From positions 74,400,001 to 74,464,000 of the forward strand of contig NC_042997.1 of assembly GCF_006345805.1 (NCBI RefSeq): a stretch of 64,000 nt of DNA. Direction: 5' to 3'. The stretch's first letter is position 1, and every line of letters begins with the position of its first letter. The translations under genes and the position numbers were made by a program. The notes under the pieces are model-generated. The model searched no databases, was not told where the DNA came from, and worked only from the letters and a program-made list of their open reading frames with translations. Shown here one piece after another: positions 1-12,147 of the stretch. This DNA is from Octopus sinensis. Taxonomy: Eukaryota.

Positions 1-639
1 TTAACCACTCTTGCTTTCTGTACAAAAACATTTTTTCAATCTTCTTTTTATCAGTCCTCTTTTTCTCACACTTCCTTCCATATGTATTCCACATGGGTTA
101 TATTTACATGTATTTTTATGTATATTTATATATATATTTATATTTTATAAATATTAAAAAAAATATTCATGTGTGAATATGTATTAATATATATATATAT
201 TCAAAAGTCACCATTTTTTAATAAGAAACAGTTGAATAAAAAAACTGTTTCTTATAAAAAAAATAATAAACTTTTGAATCACTCTATATAAATATATATA
301 AGTGAAATAGTTGTAAGCGAGGTGGGAAAAATCACATTTAAATAAAAGATTAAAAAAATTTTTAATTTCATACATATTTGTGACTTTTGGCTCACCCTGT
401 GTACATAAACAGACACATATCACCTTTGCAATTGTCACCCTCCCTTTTTCTCAACCCGCTCACTAATTCCCTTCTCTCTTTCTTATTTCCTGTAATACTC
501 TTCATCTTCTCTTCTTACCACCCTCTTTGTCTACAATCATTACCCACTCTCTCTTCTGTTCTCCCTGAATTATAGAATATAATTTAGAGCCTTAGCCTTG
601 TAAGTTACAAGGTGATCATCTGTAGCACTAATGCCAAAA

Positions 640-787
640 AAGAAAGCACTTTGTACTCTGTAAAGTGGTTGGCATTAGGAACTATGTCAAAATAGACATT
701 GGTGTATGACACAATCCTTTGGCTTGTCAAACTCTGTCAAACATTGCATGCCAAGCATGGAAGCTGGACATTAAATGATGATGATTA

Positions 788-824
<37 letters not shown>

Positions 825-1070
825 GTGTGTGTGTGTATTTGTGTGTGTGTGTGCGTGTGTGGCCAAGACCTTTGTCAATATGCTGTGCTTGAGAAGATCC
901 AGCAAGCAAAGTGAGATTGTAACTGTGGCCTACGCCCATTTGAAAGCACTCTTCAATTGTTGGACAATATACTGAGCTTGTGAAGAACTGTTGAACCGAG
1001 TGAAATTGTAGTCATGGCCCATGTCACCATGGAAAGGGGATGTTAAACAACAATGATGATAATGATGATG
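640..1070 (+). mobile_element. Two degenerate RTE LINE 3'-end fragments separated by (TA)n(TG)n
   Basis: Both end in the RTE terminus seen elsewhere in the window (catg..agcatggaa...ttaaa followed by a (TGA)n tail); microsatellite at ~786-855. Confidence 0.55.
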
Positions 1071-1309
1071 ATAAATGCATATACACATACAAACATATAT
1101 ATGTATGAATGTATGTATGTATGCCGGTATGTGTTTATCTTTTGCTGATGTATACCAGAGAAGAATATACACCATAAAAATGTAAAACTGGTGCTTTATT
1201 AATAAAGTCCTATCAGATATTTATATACTGTTTTAGATACTTTCTTATTGTCAGAATAGACACTCTCTTACTATCTTATTGTCAGAAAAGCAGTGAGTTA
1301 TAAATTGGC

Positions 1310-1713
1310 TTTACTCTTTACTCTTTTACTTGTTTCAGTCATTTGACTGTGGCCATGCTGGAGTACCGCCTTTAATCGAGCAACTCGACCCCGGGACTTA
1401 TTCTTTTGTAAGCCCAGTACTTATTCTATCGGTCTCTTTTGCCGAACCGCTAAGTAACGGGGACATAAACACACCAGCATCGGTTGTCAAGCAATGCTAG
1501 GGGGACAAACAGACTCACACAAACACACACACGTATATATACATATATACGACGGGCTTCTTTCAGTTTCCGTCTACCAAATCCACTCACAAGGCTTTGG
1601 TTGGCCCGAGGCTATAGTAGAAGACACTTGCTCAAAGTACCACGCAGTGGGACTGAACCCGGAACCATGTGGTTGGTAAACAAGCTACTTACCACACAGC
1701 CACTCCTGTGCCT
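1310..1713 (-). mobile_element. tRNA-derived SINE (octopus OK/OR-type family), full length
   Basis: Head AGGCACAGGAGTGGCTGTGTGGTAAG...GGTTCAGTCCC with A/B boxes, internal (TA/TG)n, 3' end cagcatggccacagtcaaatgactgaaacaagtaaaag; homologous to 22619-23012 and 28545-28874. Family name from recall. Confidence 0.8.
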
Positions 1714-1855
1714 GTTGAAAACCTGTAACAAACAATGCTATTGCTTAGAAACTACAGTATGAAATGACCAAAGTTAACCTTCATTTTTCTAAATAAGCTT
1801 AGAATTAATGAAGTTGAATGAGAACAGGAATAATAAAATGGATGAAATTAGTTAC

Positions 1856-2213
1856 CCTTTAGGTCTGCATGAGAGTAACCTTTTCTTAAAGTGATCTGAA
1901 ACACTTCTAAATTGCTGATGAAAGAAGCCAGTTTTGACAAGCTCTGTTTTCCACTACCACCAACTCCAATAAGCAAAGCATTGCCCTGTGGCATCTCAAG
2001 GATACGATTGATTCGACAGACATGTGTCATGGCATCTTCAAACAGCACCAGATTCATAACAGCATTCAATTCATTGTAATTAGCCAGGGCCTCATTCAAG
2101 ATTTTTCGTAAGCTAGACCAGTCAGGAACAGGCATGTATTTTGGTTCACCAATTCCAGTAGCAAAATGACTAAATATTAGAGGGTGCTTCATTAGTGCAG
2201 CTGCATCACAATC
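1856..2213 (-). CDS. DNAH9/11/17-like: Axonemal dynein heavy chain (outer-arm beta type) exon, AAA4 P-loop
   Basis: ttaacag acceptor then [28 protein letters not shown]...[43 protein letters not shown]; Walker [10 protein letters not shown]; GT donor at 1855-1854 gives a phase-1 end. Joins in phase 0 to the exon ending at 7374. Confidence 0.95.
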
Positions 2214-2784
2214 CTGTTAAAGTGAATAATATAAATATATTAACTATTGAATGACAAGGAAACAGGAATTATGTAATAAACTTCATTAGCTTACAGCTGT
2301 TTCTGCTACAAGAAGCAATGCACTCAGAGGTGCTAATGTAACATTTTATAGCTTTTTGAGAGTGAGAAATATGCAGATTTAGATAAACATATGTGTTCAC
2401 ATAGGTACATAATGAACATACATATAACTATTACAGAGATGCAGAAATACATACAAATACATGTTAAGGTACATTTAAATAGATACATATGAGTACAAAA
2501 AATATATAAATTAGATAACTGGACATATATAAAACCATTAAGACCCAGACAAAATATAAACCTATAGAGACAAATAGACTAATAAACATATGTAAAATCT
2601 GATGCCAATGTATATTTTCTTGAGAATTCTCAAGAAAATATAATTTTCTACTTTTGATGTTTTTATGGGGATGAGCTGGTCAATGAAGATATATTTTGTT
2701 GGCTGCATCAATAATAACGGGAGCAAACTTGCAAACATTTAACTGAGATATTTATTATTTCCCTTTGATCTGTTCCAGTTGTGT

Positions 2785-3150
2785 TTGAAAGGTGGTATCA
2801 TAAAATTCCTGGACATGTTCTGTAGTGTGCCAACAGATGGCAGCACACAGTTGTGTGCTCAGTGACTTGGCAGTGACCTTCATGAAGCAGTGTGCTGAGT
2901 GACATTGCTGAGTTTACTTTGCAAGTTGTGAAATTTGCGTTTTTGTGGTCACATGTATGCTGTAGTCTGCTATTTTGTCATGGACATGAAGCTGGCACAT
3001 CATAGGTTTATTTCAGTAGGTATGTCATGACAGTCAGAACAAAAGCTATATACAGTGAAAGTGGCACTTGAGTTTCGGGCTGTTTTAGTCTGGTGGTTGA
3101 GTCAAATAGCCATATGAATAGCTATTATCTTAATTAACCAAATCATAGTG
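2785..3150 (+). mobile_element. mariner 5' remnant
   Basis: TIR-like gaaaggtggtatcataaaattcctggac, ccaacagatggcagcac motif and a degenerate transposase start (atggacatgaagctg...). Confidence 0.45.
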
Positions 3151-4499
3151 ACTTTTTAGTGTTATATAATGATTCATTCTTTCTTACAATCTTGCAAATG
3201 TGAGCAATTTTTATAATAAAAGTTGCTTACCTTACCTAAGTAGAGAGTCAAAAGTTTATAAGGAGGTGTAATTTCTTTTAAATGGAATGAAGTTTATAAA
3301 AAATATTTGAATGAAGTAAAAAAAGTAAATACAATAAATTCATGGGGATTTGAAGTGGGTAGGTCATGTAATTTGTATATCAGCATTTAAAGATGACTTT
3401 ATAATATTGGCTCAAATACTAACTACTCCCAGCAGCAGCAATGTCCTTACATTCTCAAGTAGAAACAAGGCCAAATTCATTTTCATTAGCAAGGATTTTC
3501 ACATAACAATGAAAAGCATTCATAGTGAATGGTAAATTGTATAATTTTGATATTTTTATAGCTTATTCAGTCATGGTTTGTATTTTGAAATACAACTTTT
3601 TTTTATTATTTGTGTTTTTTTTATTATTTGTTTTTTATTATTTGGTATTGTCTGCACATTGATGAAGTGGGAAAACTAGGAATTTGGTTATTGTTCAAGT
3701 GGAGTTGTTTTTCATAGTAAAACTGTCCCAATTTGCATTTATATGATGTGCCCTCAGTAAGATTGATACTATTTCTATAATTAGCATGACCACACTGTTT
3801 TAACTGTTGAAATTATGTCTCTTGTTTGTAAGCAGTTTGATTTAGGGATTTTGTCTGTCTTTTGAATTTGTTCCAATTAATATTGATATAAATGTAAATT
3901 TGGAATCCGGATATAGAAGCTGTAGGTTTCAAAGCAGTTGTCCTTAGTTATCTTCTTTCTCTTCGATTTTAAAGAGACATTCACATTAGCTGACCTCTAT
4001 GACAGTACATACATTTTTTTGTCTGTTCCAAACAATAATAGCTGACCTGTTATGCTTACACTTGACAGATGTTTTGATGAGAATGTTCCACCAGTATTCC
4101 TTGTGCATGTATTTGTGTATGTATTCAACAACAGGGGGCTTCTCTATATTTATTTCAGGACAGTTTTTTTTTCCAAATGGCATTGTATATTGTTTTTGAG
4201 ACATTTTCATGTCACATAGGGAAGTAGTACCTTGATAACATTTTTGGGCAATTGTTAATCACATGTGTGATGTCTTCCACAGAAATAAGACATAATCTAT
4301 ATTTACAGTTGCATCTAGGGCTTCACTGTCTCTTTTGTTGAATAAGTATTTAGTAGCAATCTCCTGTTCTTGGATTGAAAATGCATAGCCTTCGAAGTGT
4401 GATGTGATGTACTATTCACAAGTCCAAGAGAGGCTTTGCTTCATGTCAATGTTACACTCTTATTCAAGTCTATGAAAAACATACCCTTGCATGATCTTT

Positions 4500-5700
4500 T
4501 ATTTTTGGTATGCTGAGGGTTTCCCCTCCAGGTCTTCTTTGAGGTCCAGCTGATTTGGGGTTGTATAGGAGGTCATTAGGAAGTGTGTATTTCCTAAAGA
4601 GCTCACTTCCAACTCAGGATATTATTTTCTTCACTTTTTAGCACTAAGTTAATGTATTTTTGCCACTGTTGTTTAGCAAGTGCTGTTTGAGAGAGACTAT
4701 GCAACATTCCAAGGCTGTCTGCACTGACCTCAAGCCCCAAACCTCTTTTACCTCTTCTGTTGATATTACTATTTTTGAGGAGTTTACCAGTTGATGTTAT
4801 AATTTTGCAGGTTTTAATGTCTATGGATTGGATTTCTTCTACAGACCAGTCAAGTATCTCAAATGTTGGAACCAACACTGGCACTGCAAATGCATTGTGG
4901 GATATTTTCTTGTAAGAGGAAAGTTCAGACTGCCATATTTTTCTTAGAGTGGTGTAATTTTCTGGGTCACTCTATTGTTATTCACAGTACCACCGGAAAT
5001 TGAGCCAGAACATTAAAACTTAGTGCCAAGCTGCGTCACATGCATGCTTTAGTTTTATTAGTATGGCAACAGTCCGGATACTTATTGATCAGGCCACATA
5101 TATGCATATATGTATGTATGTATTTGCATTTATTTATGCTGACAGATATCCAAGTATGTGTGTATCTGTAAATATATCAAAACTTTCTTTATAGTTCCAC
5201 GACCTGCAAAAGCTGATCCTAGAGCAATCCATGAGTTATTCATCAGTTTGTTTTCACTGCTTGACTTCAGCAAGGAAGTATATGGCTTCTGTAGGAACCT
5301 TGGCCATTCCAAATAGTGTAGAAAAGAAGGGCCTCAATGTTCATTAACACAAACCTTTTTAATGCGGATGTCATTATGAAATACCACAATCCACTTTGAA
5401 GGTAGCAGATTTAATCTATCTCATACTCCTGGGATTTTAGGGGGGGGGGCATCTTGTTATAAGCATGCAGGCCAGGTCTCCAATCTGAGTATTACTCAAT
5501 ATCTGGATGTGATGCTGCACCATCCTTGTTAGGGTCATTGCATGACAGAGGGTACATGTGGAAGTGGTTTACCAACTGAAGCCTGCCACCAGATACACTA
5601 GGTCCTAGCATCTTGAGTAACAACTCTTGCTGCCTTATTTTCTAGCAGACTAATCTGTAGTCATCAACTTCCATCTAAGTGGGCTACTTACAGGAAGTAA
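4500..5700 (-). mobile_element. Highly degenerate R4/Dong-like LINE RT remnant
   Basis: ORF 4603-4884 PVLVPTFEILDWSVEEIQSIDIKTCK...RGLGL parallels the Dong ORF 38845-39636 segment AVPVISYSYNILNWTLNELTKIDRKTRK...GGRGL. Confidence 0.55.
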
Positions 5701-6169
5701 CATATGAATTGTACTTTCCCCCACTCTTTTCTTTGCCAACCTCAAAAGTCTTGCCAAGAATATGGCACTGATTTTTCTTTTGACTAAGCCAAAAACAAAA
5801 CAAAGAGCTCCACAAAAACTGGGGTTTGATGTAAAAGGGTCATATCCTGTGGAACTATCTTTTTAAACATTGTATTAATGATACTCTGAATATTCAAGTT
5901 ATTGTGGAATATTTATTACAATCTCCGCCATCCCACAACTGTTTTATATATTGACTGGGTTTTTCTGTTATCCAATTATTTCTCAATTTTCATGCTTTCA
6001 GTCTTATTTTCAAAATCATTGTATATCAAATGAATTATATTCATCCTTTATTCTCTCCTGTCACTCCATCTTTATCCATAATACATGTTTCCTTATAATA
6101 CAATTTTTTTTTACCTGTCTTACAGTCCAATCTATTTGTTTCTTCTTACATTATGTGTAAGGTACATCT

Positions 6170-6600
6170 TGACAAGCTGAGATGCATCAACAGTGACCAG
6201 GTGTCATTAGGTATTTTGTGTTTTTCAACATCAAACACCTTTGTTCAGGTAAACCAGGTGGGATTTATCAGGTTTCCACTTGCATTTCAGCAGCGACCAC
6301 CAATTGATCAGCCTTTTTAATCCAAATCCCCTTGGTTTTGTCTGCAGCTTTACTCATGTATTAACTGGCCCTTTTCTTTGCTGTCCTTGTAAAATTCAAT
6401 TGATTAATGACTTTGCAAAGTGAATGTCCTGCAAAGCCTCTATAGTTCACTCTATGAACTTATAATGTGTTTTCCAGCATCTGTCCTGGTACTTGTTCAA
6501 CAATTCCTGGTACTTTTCACATTTTCTCACATTGGTTTCAATATGCTCTTTCCATGGCACTATAATAACTTCCAGCATGATCATTTGTTTTATTATTTCA
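6170..6600 (-). mobile_element. Degenerate 3' end of a HERO-like (R2/NeSL superfamily) LINE: REL endonuclease plus 3' UTR
   Basis: MLEVIIVPWKEHIETNVRKCEKYQELL...CWKTHYKFIE, then in a shifted frame RGFAGHSLCKVINQL...KAADKTKGIWIKK; aligns by eye with LELTVPWEENISNAEEQKEKRYEKL...GARGF of the element at 34.5-35.2 kb. Confidence 0.65.
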
Positions 6601-6705
6601 GAGATAATAAAACAAATGATAATGCTGGAAGTATTTATAATGCCATGGAAAGAGCATATTGAAACCAATGTGAGAAAATGTGTAAAGTACTAGGACAGAT
6701 GCTGG
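6474..6705. repeat. 232-bp near-perfect palindrome (fold-back inverted duplication)
   Basis: Arms 6474-6596 and 6604-6705 are reverse complements with ~6-7 mismatches and a 21-nt gap in the right arm; centre 6597-6603. ORFs 6447-6668(-) and 6493-6693(+) encode nearly the same peptide. Confidence 0.95.
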
Positions 6706-6877
6706 TAGAATCATTAGTATAATGGATAAAATGCTTAGTGGTATTTCACCTGTCACTACATTCTGAGTTCAAATTCTGCTGAGATCACCAATGCCTTTCA
6801 TCCTTTTGGGGTTGTTGAACAATGTAATTGACTGTACCCCTCCCTAAAAAATTCAGGCCTCATGCCTATAACAGAAA
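6701..6877 (+). mobile_element. Degenerate SINE
   Basis: gctggtagaatcattag...aaatgcttagtggtattt...ttctgagttcaaattctgctgag (B-box-like), gcctttcatccttttgggg; a related reverse fragment lies at ~29760-29850. Confidence 0.6.
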
Positions 6878-7373
6878 ACATTATTTCAGAGATAAAGATG
6901 ATGTGCAACAGGAAAGATATTGCTATGATGTGCTGTAAAAACTTCAGTTGCTTATTTGATCGACACACAGCTATCAAGTCAGCAGATATGCAAAAGGAGT
7001 CTGTTCTTGTTTATTTGCAAACATATATGCATCGTGGATTGATAAATATAGAAAATTGCATTCATTAAAACAATATTTTAAGGTAAAATTTATCACATGA
7101 AAAATAATATTGTAATTCTAATAGATAATGTATGAGGAAAATATTTACATCCTCCAATTTTAGATTTAAAATATATAACTTTTTAATAAAAATTACCAAA
7201 ATATCTATAACATTAAAAAGAAGAATTGGTGTAGTTTAAAAAGGAAATTAGCTAGGACTTTCCTACAAATTTATGAATAGTACACTAAAGAAATATTGGT
7301 TTACCTTTATACTACAGAAATATTTATTTACCAACACAGAAGTTTTGTCAATAATATATTGATATAATAATAC

Positions 7374-7535
7374 CTCAAAGCATTTTATAATAACATCTTT
7401 CTGAACTTTCAAGAAAAGCTCAATGTCATATTCATTTACAAGCTTGTCACAGTAAACTCTTTGAGTTTCATGCACCCAAAGTCGAACTAATTCAGCAGGG
7501 GTATTACAGCAATGTTTGGAAGAGAACAAAATACC
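7374..7535 (-). CDS. DNAH9/11/17-like: Dynein heavy chain exon (54 aa, AAA3-AAA4 linker)
   Basis: ttcag|GILFSSKHCCNTPAELVRLWVHETQRVYCDKLVNEYDIELFLKVQKDVIIKCFE|gtatta; 162 nt, phase 0-0. Confidence 0.95.
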
Positions 7536-8666
7536 CTGAAATAAAGACATAAAAGAAAAATTTAATATATTGTATCTGATCTCATAAAATTGAGAAATAC
7601 TTGAGCTATATAAACCATAATTAGTATATTATAAGTAAGGTTAAATCAAAGTAAGCAATAAACATTATATCCAACTTAAGATTACCTTTTGATATTATAC
7701 TGCTTCTGTCACTAATAGTTAATGTAAGCAGTATTTGAATGAGAAAATGCTCTACATCCAGTAACATGGATGAATATCAACCAGTTGGTCATAAAACATG
7801 ATTAATAACCATTTTACAGCAAGCTTATCAAGACAGGCCACATATCAGAGTTAATGCATTTTCTTTAAGAATAGATGTATCTGAGAAATGGCACACATTG
7901 TCTCTCAGACCTATCCAGTCTATAAAGGGATGTACAGCTACTTATTCTGCATGAACTTTAATAATTTGATGCCAATAAGTGAGTAAAAAGTAAACAGGGA
8001 AAGGTTTCCAGAGGGGTGCAATTCTAGAAATGCTTGAGAAGTATTGAGTAAAAGCATATAACACAATGGAGTTAGTGATAGATGTGTAGTAGACAAAGTA
8101 ATTAAGAATTAATAATGTTATGATATATGACAAAACTTCTTATAAAGGTAGGGAAAGCTGCTGGACTTACAGGCATAGTTAATGAGATGCTCAATATATC
8201 TAACAAGTTAAGTTACGTGATTACCACCCAAATAATTGATCAAGTAACACAGGAAGTATTATATGATAGCTAAAGTCTAGTATATAAATATCATTGTAAA
8301 CTGTAACAAGGGCAGAAGAGATGCTTTTGTAAAAAATTATAGAGGCTGAAAATTGTTGGGCCAGGCTATGCAGGTCACATAGAATGTTATGGCACACTTG
8401 AACAGGAACAAAATTAACTTAGATGAAATGCAGTTTGGCTTCATCAACACCATCTGTTCTAATCATGCATAATTTAGTTTAACTCTTAAATATGCACACT
8501 ATTATTATAAGAAGTTTTGTCATTTATCATAATATTATTAATTCTTTTATTCTTTTACTTGCTTCAGTCATTTGATGTTAGCTTCGTTCCTAGACCGATC
8601 AGAATTCTATATAGCAAAAATTAAAGCTTTATTAAGAAGAACAGGTGATATTGAAGAGTAGTAACT

Positions 8667-9200
8667 CATCATCATCATCATCATCATCATCATTTAACGT
8701 CCGCTTTCCATGCTAGCATGGGTTGGACGGTTCAACTGCGGTCTGGGGAGCCCGAAAGCTGCACCAGTCCAGTCAGATCTGGCAGTGTTTCTACAGCTGG
8801 ATGCCCTTCCTAACGCCAACCACTCCGAGAGTGTAGTGGGTGATTTTATGTGCCACCGACACAGGTGCCAGACGAGGCTGGCAAACGGCCACGCTCGGAT
8901 GGTGTTTTTTATGTGCCACCGACACAGGTGCCAGATGAGGCTGGCAGACGGCCACGCTCGGATGGTGTTTTTATGTGCCACCGACACAGGTGCCAGATGA
9001 GGATGGCAAACGGCCACGATCGGATGGTGCTTGTTACATGCCCACAGCACGGAGGCCAGTCGATGCGGTACTGGCTACGGCCACGTTCGGATGGTTTTCT
9101 TGTGTGCCACGTGCCACCGGCACTGGTACCACAAAGATACAAATTCCATTGATGTTCATCTATATTGTAGGAATTTGATATTTCTCTTTGTCCTAAGATC
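8667..9200 (-). mobile_element. RTE LINE 3' UTR with (GAT)n tail and ~62-bp tandem repeats
   Basis: (CAT)n at 8667-8693, ggatgcccttcctaacgccaacc motif; homologous to the 3' UTRs of the RTE copies at 12.5 and 24.8 kb. Confidence 0.85.
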
Positions 9201-9399
9201 AGTTAACAATTCTAAATGTATCAGACCATAAGAGATTAAAAGAATTTACAATACTCTGTTCAAAAACATTAATGTGAGTTAAGTCCAAATTAGGTGCAGT
9301 ACTGTAATCCTTTGCATTGTTCCTTTGAGATCAAGTCCTTTAAAGGTTAATATCCAGGTAGTATAGTTTTCCTGTTTTGTCAGTAAGTACAATAATTCC

Positions 9400-9750
9400 A
9401 GGTGCATTTTTCATGCACTATGCTTATCTCTCATTCCCCTATCTTATCCTCATGTCCCTGTTCACTATATCATTATTATCCAGTAGCACCCCACCTCTGT
9501 ATGCCCAAGTTTTCGCCATTCACTACATTCCTCTCCTCAATTCTCCACTCACATTTCTTTGGTAATGCCCTGGCCACTTATATTATGACTTCTGTACCTC
9601 AAGGTTATGCCTTGGCACTTACCACCATCTCTCTCTCTCTTCTTTTACTTGACTTTCCTATTTATATTCTGATCCCTGTCCCTTGTGAGTATGCCTGGCA
9701 TTTTGCCATCATCACTCTCCTACTCACTCTTGCACTCCTGCTGTCTTGGT
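9400..9750 (+). mobile_element. Fragment of a second RTE-family 3' UTR
   Basis: Aligns by eye with 21650-22020 (gcttatctctca..., ccacttatattatgac, atttatattctga, ccttgtgagtatgcc). Confidence 0.6.
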
Positions 9751-10429
9751 GTGTTCATCACATCGTGGGATGGAAAAATCCTTTAGTGAGATATCCAGAT
9801 GCATCTCTCCATGCTGTGAGTTATCTGTTATAAGCACCATATAAGACACATAGTAATAATAGGGATTCAAAGAATCAAACAGATCTCACATTAAGTTCTC
9901 TGCTAAATGCATAGCTAACAAGAATGACTGTGGTTCCCATTAGGGTAAACTTTTGCATCATTTCAAAAGTTTATAAAATATTCAAGTGCAAATCAAACCT
10001 TAGCAACCAGAGAGATGACATAATAATAAATTACTTGCATATACTGCATGTCTTCTCTACACAATACTAGAAATTAATGCAATAGCTTCATCTAAATACA
10101 TGATTAACTATATCTGGAAACAATTTAAGTACATCCCCACTGAAAACTATAAAATCTATCTTCATTATTTCTGGATTTCTACTTTATTTCTGCTTTAATT
10201 GGATCTTTTGTTTGGCTGCACCTGTGGAAATTTCAAAGTTGAGTGAAAATTTTAAAATTTGGTGTATTGATGTAATTTTCCATACTGAATCTCAGAGGGC
10301 ATTCACTTTTTCCAGAAAGTTTTTTAAAAATAGTTATAGAGGTTAAAAGCTTGATAATTTTCACCCAGTCAGAAAACAGGATTTGGAAGCTGTCATTTTA
10401 TGCACGACTGCACGAGTTTTCAACATTCT

Positions 10430-11770
10430 GTAGCAATATCGTTTCCCTCATTGCTATCTTCACTGTTTGAGAAGAGTATTAAGAATAATCTCATTCGAGA
10501 TTACAAACATTTTCGGCTAGTTTAACGTTGTTGTAAACACTAATCCGATTGGTTGACACGTGACGCGATTTGTCTCTACCTATTTTTGCGCCACTGATTG
10601 ACATGTGACACGAGTGGTCTCTACTACATTCGCACCACTGGTTGTCACGTGACGTGATTTGCCTCCGCTTATTTTCGCGCCATTTTTTCCAAGCAGCCAA
10701 TCACAGCTTTTCATTTCTGAAGTTCGTTTGAGCCACATAAACCTTATATAAAGAAGTGTTCTCAGACACTTTTCGTCTTAGGTTTTTAGTTCTTTTCAGA
10801 GCTAAACCTCTGACCACAGAGCTCGTCTTAGGTTACAGTCCTTTTCAGGGCAGACCTCTGACCACACAGAGCATACCAACCATGTTCCGGTTCGAAAGGC
10901 AGGCGATCACCAAGCATAACTATCCACGAAGATTTAGCTTGTACGCAAGATGTTACAGATTCCTCTCATACTGTTAGTGTGAAAATATCACCACGAAAAG
11001 AACGGTTACAGGATATCTATAACTAGAGAAAAATAACCAAGCAGAATATATAATGAAGACGCAGCAAAAACCAAGCGACAGACACAAATCATCGCCAAAC
11101 ATCGTTTCTATCTACGAAGGTTTAATTTGTACACAAGACAACTACAGATTCAACTATAGCGGTTAGGTGAAAATCTCACCACAGGAAAAACGGCTACAGT
11201 TAATATATCTGGAAGTATATTCATATCAAGAGAAAGATAAAACACAACAAGTGATTCAATTAATCTCAACTACGAGACGCAACATCTTGATATGGAACTC
11301 TTACACTCCGTGTACCTCATAAACGGTAAATCAATTATCTGTCTTGAGTTCTAGTTCTTCTAAGAACTACCTTAAGCCATCTGCTACTACCTGTTGCTAT
11401 GCTGATACCAACAACATGAACTGTGAACCGAATTCCATTGTTAATTCTATAGTCAGTACCTTTTATGCCTCACGAACACACAGACACAAAAACATGCTAA
11501 CGCTTACGAACTCTTAACATTGACACAATTGCAAAATATGTGAAATAAATAATGTATATATCTCAAAAAGAAATCTTGTTGTCATTCCACTTGTGTTCTA
11601 TTGCTGCTGTATGTATTATATGGTCTGTAATATTTCATTAAGAATATGACCACGTGCGACCATGTCTCCTACACGATATGACCGCATGTGATCCTATTTT
11701 TATAATTCTAAAAATAACAAGTGTTTTATATGAATCTGTAAAGAAATTGAATTCTGCTTTATCCACAACA
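10430..11770 (+). mobile_element. Unclassified CpG-rich LTR-like repeat with promoter architecture and internal tandem duplications
   Basis: 3 x ~45-bp units (10549-10682), CCAAT 10697, TATATAAA 10745, 2 x ~50-bp units (10770-10880), two related segments ~190 bp apart (10924-11200), AATAAA ~11545, possible CAACA end at 11770; no TSD found. Confidence 0.4.
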
Positions 11771-11954
11771 TAGAAGTTTGGTGCAGGCTCCTGCCTGGCC
11801 AGCTCCAGTCAAACTGTCCAACCCATGCTAGCATGGAAGGCAGTTGTTAAACAATGGTGATGATGTAGCAGATTGTCAAGATTTTTTAAATTGTTCGTTG
11901 TGTTCAAAGATGTTGCACTTAAACTTCAGTCTTCGAACTATATTAATATTAATA

Positions 11955-12147
11955 TCCAGACTGCCTTCTTTCAACTGTTAAACGTGGAGGAGGATGTGTG
12001 ATGATCTGTGGTGGGGGCTATATCTTGGCAATCTACAGGCACAATGGTCTCCGTTCATTGCAGAATTAATAGTCAAGACTATTTAAGCATTTTATCTGAT
12101 CAAATTCATCCTATGGTTGCAGTACTGTTTCCAGAAGGAAATGAAAT
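11955..12147 (+). mobile_element. Tc1 transposase fragment
   Basis: PDCLLSTVKRGGGCVMI.GAISWQSTGTMVSVHCRINSQDYLSILSDQIHPMVAVLFPEGN matches the Tc1 DDE core pattern (TVKxGGGxVMxWG). Confidence 0.75.

Noticed and set aside
5130-5312. ORF with GRGTIKKVLIYL resembling the missing dynein GPPGTKKLIYF exon
   Set aside because: Wrong position relative to exon order, no DDMNMP motif, and it lies inside a decayed R4-like RT.
8847-9135. Regularly spaced ~62-bp units as a CRISPR-like array
   Set aside because: Eukaryotic context, no cas genes, and the variable parts are related to each other; the units lie in an RTE 3' UTR.
10223-11767. TGTGGA...TCCACA as exact solo-LTR termini
   Set aside because: The flanks (GCACC versus ACATA) give no target-site duplication, and the right end overlaps an RTE 3' fragment.
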